DNA of 64,000 bases from a virus: IMG/VR virus record IMGVR_UViG_3300003154_000001; one strand, given 5' to 3'. The translations under genes and the position numbers were made by a program. Each line of letters opens with the position of its first letter. Position 1 is the stretch's first letter. This document shows positions 7,994 through 16,499 of the stretch, one piece after another. The notes under the pieces were generated by a model. It saw nothing but the letters and a program-made list of their open reading frames with translations, ran no database searches and was not told the origin of the DNA.

Positions 7994-8249
7994 TTAACTC
8001 CGCTCTCCTTTGTTTCATATAATTAATACTATCGGGATAAATCTTAGCTAGACCAGTTTTTAAAACTTCTTTAAGATTATCTACTAGGATATATTTTTCT
8101 ACTCCTGTTGGACGTTCAGTTAGAATGACTCGCCACTCTTGCCCATCTATCCATATTATATTTTTAATTTTATAAAGATATTTTGAGTTAAAACTTGAAA
8201 TGGTTTCAAACTTTATATAAAATCCTTCTTTCAATTTTTGCTCAATCAT
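7974..8249 (-). CDS. hypothetical protein, Y[LIM][KR]xR[RK]xEL C-tail family
   Basis: Ends DSINYMKQRRAELNAPRKS. Confidence 0.6.
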   Translation of the reverse strand: MIEQKLKEGFYIKFETISSFNSKYLYKIKNIIWIDGQEWRVILTERPTGVEKYILVDNLKEVLKTGLAKIYPDSINYMKQRRAELNAPRKS

Positions 8250-8536
8250 ATTACCTCACCAATTTTATCTATCTGATATTCTAAGACTTCATATCCAACG
8301 TAGCCAAAATAATTTCCATGATACTCATAAGTCTTATAAGAGTATATTCCCTTCCTGTTCATATTAACTGCTCGTATAACAAATGTATCTGTGGGAGTCC
8401 TACTACCGTAGCATTGTTCAATTTTTGTTCCCCGAATATAAGAATTAGTAGCCTCGTCATATATATTGGAGTAAATATAAACTATATCCCCAATATTAAA
8501 CTTAGGTCTAGTTCTTATTACTTTACTTTTTGCCAT
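8246..8536 (-). CDS. hypothetical protein, KFxxGDI-motif family
   Basis: N-terminus ...RPKFNIGDIVYIY. Confidence 0.6.
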   Translation of the reverse strand: MAKSKVIRTRPKFNIGDIVYIYSNIYDEATNSYIRGTKIEQCYGSRTPTDTFVIRAVNMNRKGIYSYKTYEYHGNYFGYVGYEVLEYQIDKIGEVI

Positions 8537-8777
8537 GTTTATTTAACTCCTGTTTTCTATATCTTATATAACTAATAGTTTCTAATTTAACTTTACTTAA
8601 ATCTTCTGCATCAATAAAGTATCCTGATATCTTTTCTTTGGTTTCTATATTTAGAAGGTCTGCTTGGGCTATAATTTTCAGATTAGTAAGTTTATAATGT
8701 GTTCCATCTGTATCAATCACCGTAGCATCAGAATACTTCTTTAATAACTCTTTAATGCTGTCTTTATTTTCTTTCAT
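8523..8777 (-). CDS. hypothetical protein, Y[LIM][KR]xR[RK]xEL C-tail family
   Basis: Ends ETISYIRYRKQELNKHGKK. Confidence 0.6.
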   Translation of the reverse strand: MKENKDSIKELLKKYSDATVIDTDGTHYKLTNLKIIAQADLLNIETKEKISGYFIDAEDLSKVKLETISYIRYRKQELNKHGKK

Positions 8778-9075
8778 TATGATTTTCTACTCCTTTACAA
8801 ACTCTTAATAAGTTAAGTTTTGCGTTATAAAAATCTCTTTCTAGGTCTGTGGCTAATCTTAATGAGTGTTCTGGAAATTGAGTAAGCACCCCCTCAATAA
8901 ATCTTAACTTATAAAACCAAATATATATTGGGTCGAGCATTGTACCAATATGGTCTAATCTGTAACTAATTACTTCTGCAATAAAATTGTTACCTAGTGT
9001 TTCCGAAAACAATTTAATTGCTATTATATCTCCTTCTTGAAATTTTGGCTCACTTATTGTTATTCCTGATTGCAT
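8764..9075 (-). CDS. hypothetical protein, KFxxGDI-motif family
   Basis: N-terminus ...EPKFQEGDIIAIKL. Confidence 0.6.
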   Translation of the reverse strand: MQSGITISEPKFQEGDIIAIKLFSETLGNNFIAEVISYRLDHIGTMLDPIYIWFYKLRFIEGVLTQFPEHSLRLATDLERDFYNAKLNLLRVCKGVENHNERK

Positions 9076-9166
9076 TTTAGTTTCAATTCTTTTTTACGAT
9101 ACTTGAGATTTCCCAATGAGCTTTTAATTCATTTACAATGAATAAATATTCTTGGGGGTATTTCTC

Positions 9167-9358
9167 TCATATTACCTCTACATATTCTTTTGCTATCTTT
9201 ATAATATCCTCAATGTTGTTAACTTCATTAGCTCTGGTATAAAATTCTTTAGCTTTCTCATCTTCTCCATTTCGCTTAAGGGTTCTTTCAACTGCGTTAA
9301 TAACATAATAAGGTGGAGCATCTAAACCAAGAATATTAACCTTTGCTTTTTCTGCCAT
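9167..9358 (-). CDS. hypothetical protein
   Basis: 63-aa ORF. Confidence 0.55.
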   Translation of the reverse strand: MAEKAKVNILGLDAPPYYVINAVERTLKRNGEDEKAKEFYTRANEVNNIEDIIKIAKEYVEVI

Positions 9359-9596
9359 TGATTAATTCCTTTCGTCTATTTTTTAAGTAATAAACTGTAT
9401 CAAATTTTAAATTTACCAAAGGCGGTAATAGAATATAGTCATATAAAATCTCAAAATTACCCTGCCCCATTCGTTTGTAAGCAACATAATAAATATAATC
9501 ATCCTTTGTATGGATGTTAAAAATTTTATAAGACTTACCATCTACTCCAAGTACAACTTTATTAATATATTTATCTTTTAGCTCTTGTAAGGTCAT
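9336..9596 (-). CDS. hypothetical protein, Y[LIM][KR]xR[RK]xEL C-tail family
   Basis: Ends DTVYYLKNRRKELINGRKSKG. N-terminus MTLQELKDKYINKVV resembles ORF 11640..12002. Confidence 0.6.
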   Translation of the reverse strand: MTLQELKDKYINKVVLGVDGKSYKIFNIHTKDDYIYYVAYKRMGQGNFEILYDYILLPPLVNLKFDTVYYLKNRRKELINGRKSKG

Positions 9597-9961
9597 TCCT
9601 TTTCCTTATAAACTGTACTAACTATTTGCTTATTGTGTTCATAATTCACTAAATTAAGTAAGTTGATATACCCTTGTAACTTTTGAATTGCTGAAAAAAT
9701 ATCTTTAGCGTAATTATATTTCAATAAATGCCAACCTGAATGTATATCTGATATTCGTCCTAATACCCATGACTTTTCAAATGTATAAGGTTCTTCTGTT
9801 GCCTCAACAATATATGTGATTTTATCCTCTTTATTATAACCATACCTATTTCTATATAATTGTAATGAGTAATATGATACAGTAGTGTCTGTAACTTCCG
9901 AGATAAGATAATAATTTATTCCCCACACATAGATTTGTCCTGCTTCTAATTTTTTAGTCAT
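9593..9961 (-). CDS. hypothetical protein (weak KFxxGDI-like N-terminus)
   Basis: N-terminus MTKKLEAGQIYVW. Confidence 0.6.
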   Translation of the reverse strand: MTKKLEAGQIYVWGINYYLISEVTDTTVSYYSLQLYRNRYGYNKEDKITYIVEATEEPYTFEKSWVLGRISDIHSGWHLLKYNYAKDIFSAIQKLQGYINLLNLVNYEHNKQIVSTVYKEKE

Positions 9962-11163
9962 TTATCGCCCCTTACTCTAATAAATACGGGATGCCGAATT
10001 GACTTGTCGGCAGTTATTTGCATCCCTTTAACTTCAATAACCTTACCTACCATCTTATTTCTGTTCTTCCAAAATTCCTGTCTTTCTTCGTCTGTATATC
10101 CACTTCCTACCCCAACTTCTACCCCGTTATAATCAACTAAAAACTTACCTAACATACCTTGAAACTTACCTTCACCCTCTACAAATCCTGTTATTGTTAA
10201 GTCCTCTGTAATACTAGGCTTAAGTTTTGACATTATCCCTGATGAAAGGGTAACTCTTTTCCATTGATACAATCCATTAGGGTCTTTTAGCATTAGCCCC
10301 TCAAACTTCAAATCAAGAGCATTTTTAAAATGAGCTTCAACAATTTCTTTGGTTCGGGCTATTTTCATTCCCACAACTTTAATAAAAGCATGTGAAATAA
10401 ATTTTATAGTATTATATCTGTCTTGATAAGTGAGCTTACAACTCTGTTTCTTCCAATCACTTTCGGGCATACCATCAAATATGTAAAACTTTATGTGGTC
10501 TGGTACTTCTTTATCTTCCGAATTAAGTATTGACGCAATTGTATTAAAGTCTGCTTCGTGGGAGTATAATTCCCCGTCAAGGACTAAACTTGTAGTTAAC
10601 TTAAGAGCCTGTATGTTCTTATTTCTAATAGGCTTGCCATTACGCCCCATAAAACCAATAGAAGGAATATAAATAGCTCTAAAGCCATCTAACTTAGGCT
10701 GTACCAATACAGGATACTTTACTTCGTTTAAATCCGGCTGTTTATTGTCGGCTAACATAACATCAAAACTCGGTATGCAATTATCAAATGCTCTATTGAT
10801 TATATGCGTTCCTACTCCAATAGGTTTACGGGTCAATGCCTTTTCAAGCCATCCGTCTTTATCAACTTCATCTAATACCGCCCTAGCTGTATGTATTGCC
10901 TTGTGACCTGTTATAGTTCTTGTTTCAATTAACTCTACTAACTTTAGAAATTTATCAAAGCCAACTGAATGTGAAAAGCCTACCGTCTTATTGGGGTCTG
11001 CTTTCTTTGGGAGCTTATTAACATAAAACACTCTATATGGATTGCTCGCTATATCCAAATAAGCCCGTAGCTCAATGGAGTCATACTTCTTAAGTATTAC
11101 TTCCTTCTCTTTTAAACTGTCCGTCTTATTCAGTTCTTCTAAACATTTAAAGAGATTGTTCAA
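9958..11163 (-). CDS. lig: ATP-dependent DNA ligase
   Basis: Adenylation motif I QPKLDGFRA, motif III LVLDGELY, motif IV FYIFDG, motif V EGLMLKD, plus an OB-fold-sized C-terminus. TTG start lies behind AGGAG. Confidence 0.85.
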   Translation of the reverse strand: MNNLFKCLEELNKTDSLKEKEVILKKYDSIELRAYLDIASNPYRVFYVNKLPKKADPNKTVGFSHSVGFDKFLKLVELIETRTITGHKAIHTARAVLDEVDKDGWLEKALTRKPIGVGTHIINRAFDNCIPSFDVMLADNKQPDLNEVKYPVLVQPKLDGFRAIYIPSIGFMGRNGKPIRNKNIQALKLTTSLVLDGELYSHEADFNTIASILNSEDKEVPDHIKFYIFDGMPESDWKKQSCKLTYQDRYNTIKFISHAFIKVVGMKIARTKEIVEAHFKNALDLKFEGLMLKDPNGLYQWKRVTLSSGIMSKLKPSITEDLTITGFVEGEGKFQGMLGKFLVDYNGVEVGVGSGYTDEERQEFWKNRNKMVGKVIEVKGMQITADKSIRHPVFIRVRGDK

Positions 11164-11343
11164 TTAATTCTCCTGTATCTCGGTGTTTCTATTAGAGTTT
11201 ATTCTCTTAGCTTGCCACTCTGCTTGGGCTACCTTTTCACCAAAAGTTCTAAGAGTCAAATCATACTGAATAGCCTCATCCATACACTTTTCATTACAGA
11301 AAACTCCATTACAATCTTTACCGCAATTTGGACACTTATTCAT
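11164..11343 (-). CDS. 59-aa zinc-finger protein
   Basis: MNKCPNCGKDCNGVFCNEKC... Its stop directly abuts the ligase start. Just under the ORF-track cutoff. Confidence 0.5.
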   Translation of the reverse strand: MNKCPNCGKDCNGVFCNEKCMDEAIQYDLTLRTFGEKVAQAEWQAKRINSNRNTEIQEN

Positions 11344-11659
11344 TTTTAGCTCCTTTCATCTTGAATACATGGAACGTATATTTACCGCCCCGTTCTGATT
11401 TTTCCCAATACAAACTCCAAAATATATTTTTACTCAAGGCTTCTATCGCATTTTCATTTCCTGACCATCCCCCTGTAATTATAACAACTTCTTGTATAGT
11501 AGTATCATCAATGAAGTCATATCTTTTTATCTTCCCATATTCTTCAAATATGGGAACAAGAAATTCTATTAATCCAAAAGGGTCATTAAAACTATCCCAA
11601 TTTTCTATTGTAGTTAAATCTTCTTCCGAGGGATAACTATTATTTGGATATTCTTGCAT
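11336..11659 (-). CDS. hypothetical protein
   Basis: 107-aa ORF. ATG lies behind AAGGAGCAAG. Confidence 0.6.
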   Translation of the reverse strand: MQEYPNNSYPSEEDLTTIENWDSFNDPFGLIEFLVPIFEEYGKIKRYDFIDDTTIQEVVIITGGWSGNENAIEALSKNIFWSLYWEKSERGGKYTFHVFKMKGAKNE

Positions 11660-12002
11660 GTTTCTTGCTCCTTATATACTGTTTCTTTCTCTTTAAAGTT
11701 TTTAGTATGTCAACCTGAATATTATCAATAAATGTTATGATGCGATACTTCCCATCATAAGGAATAAATAAGTCTATTTCAATAAATGAATACCCATATT
11801 CATCATACAAATCAATACATTTTGCCACACCTTCTATCGGTGTATCTTCGGATACAACTCTTGTTTCGTATTTGTCACCTTTGTAAACATACTTATCAAA
11901 CTCCCATTGATAATCAGGCACAAGTATTTCTCGTTCAATTTCATACTTACTGATAATAACCCACTTATTAAGATAAGTATTGTCAAGTTCTTCTTGTGTC
12001 AT
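11640..12002 (-). CDS. hypothetical protein (related to the basic C-tail family)
   Basis: N-terminus MTQEELDNTYLNKWVII. C-terminus KKQYIRSKKHARISK. Confidence 0.6.
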   Translation of the reverse strand: MTQEELDNTYLNKWVIISKYEIEREILVPDYQWEFDKYVYKGDKYETRVVSEDTPIEGVAKCIDLYDEYGYSFIEIDLFIPYDGKYRIITFIDNIQVDILKTLKRKKQYIRSKKHARISK

Positions 12003-12466
12003 TACTTTTTCTTACTGCTAAATATTGTTTTTCTGTCAATGTCGGCTCGGAGTATTCTATTGTTAATTCTCCATTTCTTTTCGTCATTACCTAATATATA
12101 ATCACACCGCATATCCCTACCGCATGTTTGATATAGCCCATAAAATCTATTAGCTCTTGTAGAGATAAATAGTTCTGCCTCTTTACCATATCTTCTTTTT
12201 ACGCTATCAATTTCATACATTATATCTCTTAAGTTTTCTCCATTACAAACTATCCCTGCCTCTGTAGCTATCAAGTGACTACCACAATAGGGGCATCTTG
12301 ATTTAATCTGGTCTTGCTTAAAATTCCTATGCTTCGGCTTTGCCTTTGAGGGCAATAGAAATTGAAAGGCTCTCTTAACACCATACTTCTCTTTCCATGC
12401 CTGTAAACGCTTAACCGCTTTTCGAGCTTGGGCTACGCTTTTATGTCGTAAGTCGAATATTCTCAT
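12002..12466 (-). CDS. zinc-ribbon protein
   Basis: 154-aa ORF with CPYCGSHL...CNGEN. Confidence 0.6.
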   Translation of the reverse strand: MRIFDLRHKSVAQARKAVKRLQAWKEKYGVKRAFQFLLPSKAKPKHRNFKQDQIKSRCPYCGSHLIATEAGIVCNGENLRDIMYEIDSVKRRYGKEAELFISTRANRFYGLYQTCGRDMRCDYILGNDEKKWRINNRILRADIDRKTIFSSKKK

Positions 12467-12648
12467 TCGTTTATAACACTCCTTAATTTATTTAACTTAC
12501 TTTTTAATTCCTCTATCTCTCGTAGCATTTCCTTACGCTGTTTCTTTGTTATAAATTGACACATTTCTAATTGCCTACTCAAATGCTGTATCCTGTCAAC
12601 TATGGCTCTCTCCGTATCTTTAAATTTGTTTGGCTTCTTCAAGGTCAA
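12463..12648 (-). CDS. hypothetical coiled-coil protein (TTG start)
   Basis: 61-aa ORF. TTG start lies behind GAAGGTG. Confidence 0.5.
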   Translation of the reverse strand: MTLKKPNKFKDTERAIVDRIQHLSRQLEMCQFITKKQRKEMLREIEELKSKLNKLRSVINE

Positions 12649-12913
12649 TTAGCACCTTCTTTCTATCTTCAACTGTCGTATATTTAACAATACCCGAAGT
12701 TATAATCTTGTCTAAAGGACTACCATCACCGATAGAAGGATTGTACATAAAATCCACGATTGCTTGCATGTCACGCCCTTGCTCAAGCATTTTTAAAACC
12801 ATAGAACGGAAGATACCTAATTGTTCTTCTCTTGGATTGCGAGTCGGGCTTTTAGGGGCTTGGCTGGCAATCTCTGTTTTCTTTTTAAATGAAGCTGGTT
12901 TAAAGTTTCCCAT
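12620..12913 (-). CDS. hypothetical protein
   Basis: 97-aa ORF. Confidence 0.55.
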   Translation of the reverse strand: MGNFKPASFKKKTEIASQAPKSPTRNPREEQLGIFRSMVLKMLEQGRDMQAIVDFMYNPSIGDGSPLDKIITSGIVKYTTVEDRKKVLIDLEEAKQI

Positions 12914-13121
12914 TCTTTACTTTTCCTTTTCTATATTTTAAAGTGCATCTATCACAGCTTTTATAATCCGCTTCTTCGGGCATATTCCAATCACTAGAGT
13001 ATTTAACATTGCAACCCTTTAAAAAACAAACAGTTCTTTTAATTCTCCACGGCGGTAAATATTCGTTCCAAAAAATCCATAGTTTCCACAACAACTCAAG
13101 CCAAAAAGGTGAATCATCCAA
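12900..13121 (-). CDS. Cys-rich hypothetical protein
   Basis: 73-aa ORF with CFLKGC...CDRC. Confidence 0.55.
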   Translation of the reverse strand: MDDSPFWLELLWKLWIFWNEYLPPWRIKRTVCFLKGCNVKYSSDWNMPEEADYKSCDRCTLKYRKGKVKNGKL

Positions 13122-13130
13122 AATTCAAAA

Positions 13131-14573
13131 TCATTCCTCATCCCCTTCGTGCTTCATCTTAATTACGTTCCCAAATTTTACCTGTTTCTTAAAGTCTGCT
13201 ACATCATAACCATTCTTTGTAAGCACCCAAAGTACAGGCATCGGGGGCTTTTTCAAATTGAAGTCAAAGTATCCGTCTGTAAGTATAACAACTGCATCAT
13301 ACCCTTGCTTCTCTGCAAATCTAAGCCATGACTTTGCACAAGTACCGCCTCTACCACTTACCTTAAAATCTTTAGGCTTAAGTTTCCGCTTCATCTTTTG
13401 GACTTCATGAATTTCAGTATCACCAACAAAGTATTCAACACTAGCCATTTTTGTATTGAATATACGATTTATCTCACCGCCAAATACCTGTAAATCTTTA
13501 TCATAGATTGAGCCTGATGAGTCAACTCCTACCCCAAGATTAAGTTTATAATCGCTCTTTTGCCCTTCATAAGTTATTCCAAATCTCCTTGAGGGTCTTT
13601 TACGAGTATTCTTTCTTAATACTTGAGTAGCGTGTTGCACCCATTTTCTAAACTCGGACTTCCAATTTAATTTTGTCGAAAGAAACTTCAATATATTTTC
13701 TTTAAATTCAGAAGGAAGATTACCAAACGCTTGCGGAGCTTTATCTTTTGCTTCCCGTATCATTCGTTTCAGTTCTTCATCAAGAATTTGTGAAGTTTGA
13801 CCATTTACCGTTTCCCATTTTTCATGACTACCATTACCAAAATCAAACTTAACTTTACCTTCCTTAATATCCTTCTTTAATTGCTCCAATTCTTCGGGAG
13901 TAAGATTAGAAGTAAGCTCTCCTGTCTTTGGATTGAATGTTACTTGTTTCTCTCCTTTACCGCCCTTACCAAACTGTTTCTGCATTTTCTTTTGAAGCTC
14001 TTTATCCTTTGTCACTCTGTCATAATAATACTCGGCTGACTTACACCTTTCTAAACCATATTGTTCGGGAAGTAAACAAGTACAACACTTTCCATTTTTG
14101 TCGGCAGGGGGCAATTGCTTTTCAACTTCATCTTCGGGTATTCCATTTTCCTCTGCAATTTTCTTTTTCAGTTCTTCTCTATTGAATGAGGGAAGGTTCT
14201 CAATGTAACAATTGATTGCCATATCAGCCCCAATATTCCAGAACATAGGGTTCTTATTCTTAGCTCTCTGTAAGTGGTCATTGAGAAGGTGATACAGTTC
14301 ATGCTTTACAATTGCAACCGCTTCATTAGAGTTAAGCTCGGAAAAGAAGAACGGATTAACAAGTAGATGATACCTGTTATTAATTGCACACACGCAAGCT
14401 GTCGGAATTTCCAAAGATACTTGTCTATTCAACATCTGTACTAAATGCCCTAAGAACGCATGGCTTTTCAATAGACTGAAAACGGAAGATGCTAACAATT
14501 CTTGTGTTCTCTGTACAGCTTCTTCTATTTTCTTTTCAATCTCTTTTATGTCTATTTTTGTCAATTCGTTCAT
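13131..14573 (-). CDS. VWA-domain protein with an N-terminal zincin-like (HExxH) domain
   Basis: VKHELYHLLNDH in the N-terminal half. MIDAS-type DSSGS (LGVGVDSSGSIYD) in the C-terminal half. This is the DUF2201-like architecture. Adjacent to a MoxR-type ATPase. Confidence 0.75.
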   Translation of the reverse strand: MNELTKIDIKEIEKKIEEAVQRTQELLASSVFSLLKSHAFLGHLVQMLNRQVSLEIPTACVCAINNRYHLLVNPFFFSELNSNEAVAIVKHELYHLLNDHLQRAKNKNPMFWNIGADMAINCYIENLPSFNREELKKKIAEENGIPEDEVEKQLPPADKNGKCCTCLLPEQYGLERCKSAEYYYDRVTKDKELQKKMQKQFGKGGKGEKQVTFNPKTGELTSNLTPEELEQLKKDIKEGKVKFDFGNGSHEKWETVNGQTSQILDEELKRMIREAKDKAPQAFGNLPSEFKENILKFLSTKLNWKSEFRKWVQHATQVLRKNTRKRPSRRFGITYEGQKSDYKLNLGVGVDSSGSIYDKDLQVFGGEINRIFNTKMASVEYFVGDTEIHEVQKMKRKLKPKDFKVSGRGGTCAKSWLRFAEKQGYDAVVILTDGYFDFNLKKPPMPVLWVLTKNGYDVADFKKQVKFGNVIKMKHEGDEE

Positions 14574-14582
14574 TTTTCCTCT

Positions 14583-14765
14583 TTACTTTTTAATCCAAAG
14601 GTCAGGATTGTTAGGCATTAAACTTAGCCCTTTTTCAATCAATAACTTTCCAAAAGTTTTCCATGCAATTTCTATCGCCTCTCGAATATACAGAGTTTCT
14701 ACATCAGCTTTATAACTGTCGCAAGATACCTCTATATACTTCTTTGCAAATTCTTCATAAGTCAT
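14583..14765 (-). CDS. hypothetical protein
   Basis: 60-aa ORF lying between the ATPase and VWA genes. Confidence 0.5.
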   Translation of the reverse strand: MTYEEFAKKYIEVSCDSYKADVETLYIREAIEIAWKTFGKLLIEKGLSLMPNNPDLWIKK

Positions 14766-15913
14766 TTGCTTTTCTTTCCTTTCTTTGTGTCCTTGCCTTG
14801 CTCAATCTTATCAAGGTTCATCAAGGAATTATAAAGTTTCTTTGCCAGTTCATTACATTTATGCTCTTTATTGGTAGTCGTAGCAAGAATAGCATCTACC
14901 AATGCAGGGTAAGTTTCAACTATCTTTGTAGCCCCTACATAACTAACATCTTCGGCAATATCCGTCAAGAAGGTGAGAAGGTTTCTAAACTGTTTTTCAT
15001 TACCAACAACTTCTTTTTCTTTAAAGGTTTTCTTATCAAAAAGTTCCTCTACTGCCTGTTTCTGTTCGGGTATTCTTGCTTCCTCAACCATTTTGGCTAC
15101 AATCTTTCTGATAGAGTCATAATCATTAAGTATCTTTGTAGCGTCAATCTTAGCATAGCTTGACCGTCTATATTCCTCAAACTGCACCGCCCCTGTCGCT
15201 CCAATTAGCCCCGTAGCCACATCAAGTAAACAATCATTAGTTATCTTCATTTCATCCATCGCTTCAATCATTCTCGATAGCATAGTCCACCCTCTACGGG
15301 AAGGCTTTATAATTTCCAAATCAAGCCCTGTATTTTTTACTTCGAGCATCTTAGGCTGATGAACGATAAATCCCACTACATCTTTTCTAACACCTGTATT
15401 ATTACTAAACTTAATCCATTCATCTGTCGAAGGAGTCAATGAAATGTGGCAAAATCTACCTAGCAAAGCAGGGTCAATACTTGTTACATCATAATCATCA
15501 TCCGCAGGGTTAGTAGCAACAACTATACTTGCTCCTTTGGGAAGTATATAATGGTTCATTATTTGCCTATTCAAGACAAGCTGAAATACACAATTCAACA
15601 CATCTGGTCTGGCTCTGTTAAGCTCATCAAGAAATATAATGCCCTGCCAATCAGGGTCTTGAGGAAGAAAACTTGACATCAAAAATTGAGCATATTTCTG
15701 CCCCTTGTCATTAACCGCTTCAATTGGAAGCCCAAGCCAATCCCCTGCCTCTGTCAATGCGGAGCGAATATCAATAAAATTAATACCCTCATCTTTGGCA
15801 ACTTGAGAAACAGCTTCACTCTTGCCTACTCCATGACTACCCCATAGCCAAATGCCTATGTTAGCCTTACGCCCTGCCTTAATAATCTTCTTTGCAGTTT
15901 CTATACTTGCCAT
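14762..15913 (-). CDS. MoxR/AAA_5-type AAA+ ATPase (CobS/NorQ-like)
   Basis: Walker A GSHGVGKSE, Walker B IIFLDELNRA, then VVATNP (sensor 1 region). Confidence 0.85.
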   Translation of the reverse strand: MASIETAKKIIKAGRKANIGIWLWGSHGVGKSEAVSQVAKDEGINFIDIRSALTEAGDWLGLPIEAVNDKGQKYAQFLMSSFLPQDPDWQGIIFLDELNRARPDVLNCVFQLVLNRQIMNHYILPKGASIVVATNPADDDYDVTSIDPALLGRFCHISLTPSTDEWIKFSNNTGVRKDVVGFIVHQPKMLEVKNTGLDLEIIKPSRRGWTMLSRMIEAMDEMKITNDCLLDVATGLIGATGAVQFEEYRRSSYAKIDATKILNDYDSIRKIVAKMVEEARIPEQKQAVEELFDKKTFKEKEVVGNEKQFRNLLTFLTDIAEDVSYVGATKIVETYPALVDAILATTTNKEHKCNELAKKLYNSLMNLDKIEQGKDTKKGKKSK

Positions 15914-15952
15914 TTGTTAAACTCCTTATAAGTTATTATTGTTTATAATCTT

Positions 15953-15981
15953 AGATTATCATAGTCAAAGTCATTTGTCAA
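15953..15981 (-). promoter_or_regulatory. sigma70-type promoter (leftward): TTGACA-N17-TAATCT with TGn
   Basis: Minus strand reads TTGACAaatgactttgactaTGaTAATCT, in the 124-nt gap upstream of the ATPase gene. Confidence 0.6.
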
Positions 15982-16037
15982 GTAAATTCTTCACTTTATT
16001 TCGTCTATTCTTAGCCTTAATAAGAATGGGTGCGCTC

Positions 16038-16499
16038 TCACTTGACATTACTCATTACCTTTGTAAAATATTTGACATTATCTTTCTTATACCCCGAATT
16101 ATAGTGAAGTAAAACCTTCTCTACATTCTTAGAGTATTTCTGCATTAATGAATATAAAAATAACTCTCCACAAGCTAAATTCTTTTCAGGAATAAAGGCT
16201 TCTTCCTTTGATAAACCGCATAGTTTATTATAAATAATCGGGCGTAATTGTAAAAGTCCAATTGCTCCTGTATGCCTATTGTAAGCCCTTTCATTACCGC
16301 CACTTTCAACCATAATAATAGCGTCAAGAATTTCAGGAGCTATTAACTCTGACTTCCCAACCTTAGTATCAGGAGTATTACTCGTATCCCTCTGTAACTT
16401 CTCAACTTTATTAGATAAACTCCACACCCAACATAGCAAGGTAGTAAAGATAATATATAAAGCCTTTATATGTAGTTGATTTCTAACTGTTATTCTCAT
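16038..16499 (-). CDS. lytic transglycosylase (SLT domain) with an N-terminal membrane anchor
   Basis: SLT motifs ESGGNERA, GAIGLLQL and HYNSGY. N-terminal hydrophobic stretch ALYIIFTTLLCWVWSL. Confidence 0.75.
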   Translation of the reverse strand: MRITVRNQLHIKALYIIFTTLLCWVWSLSNKVEKLQRDTSNTPDTKVGKSELIAPEILDAIIMVESGGNERAYNRHTGAIGLLQLRPIIYNKLCGLSKEEAFIPEKNLACGELFLYSLMQKYSKNVEKVLLHYNSGYKKDNVKYFTKVMSNVK

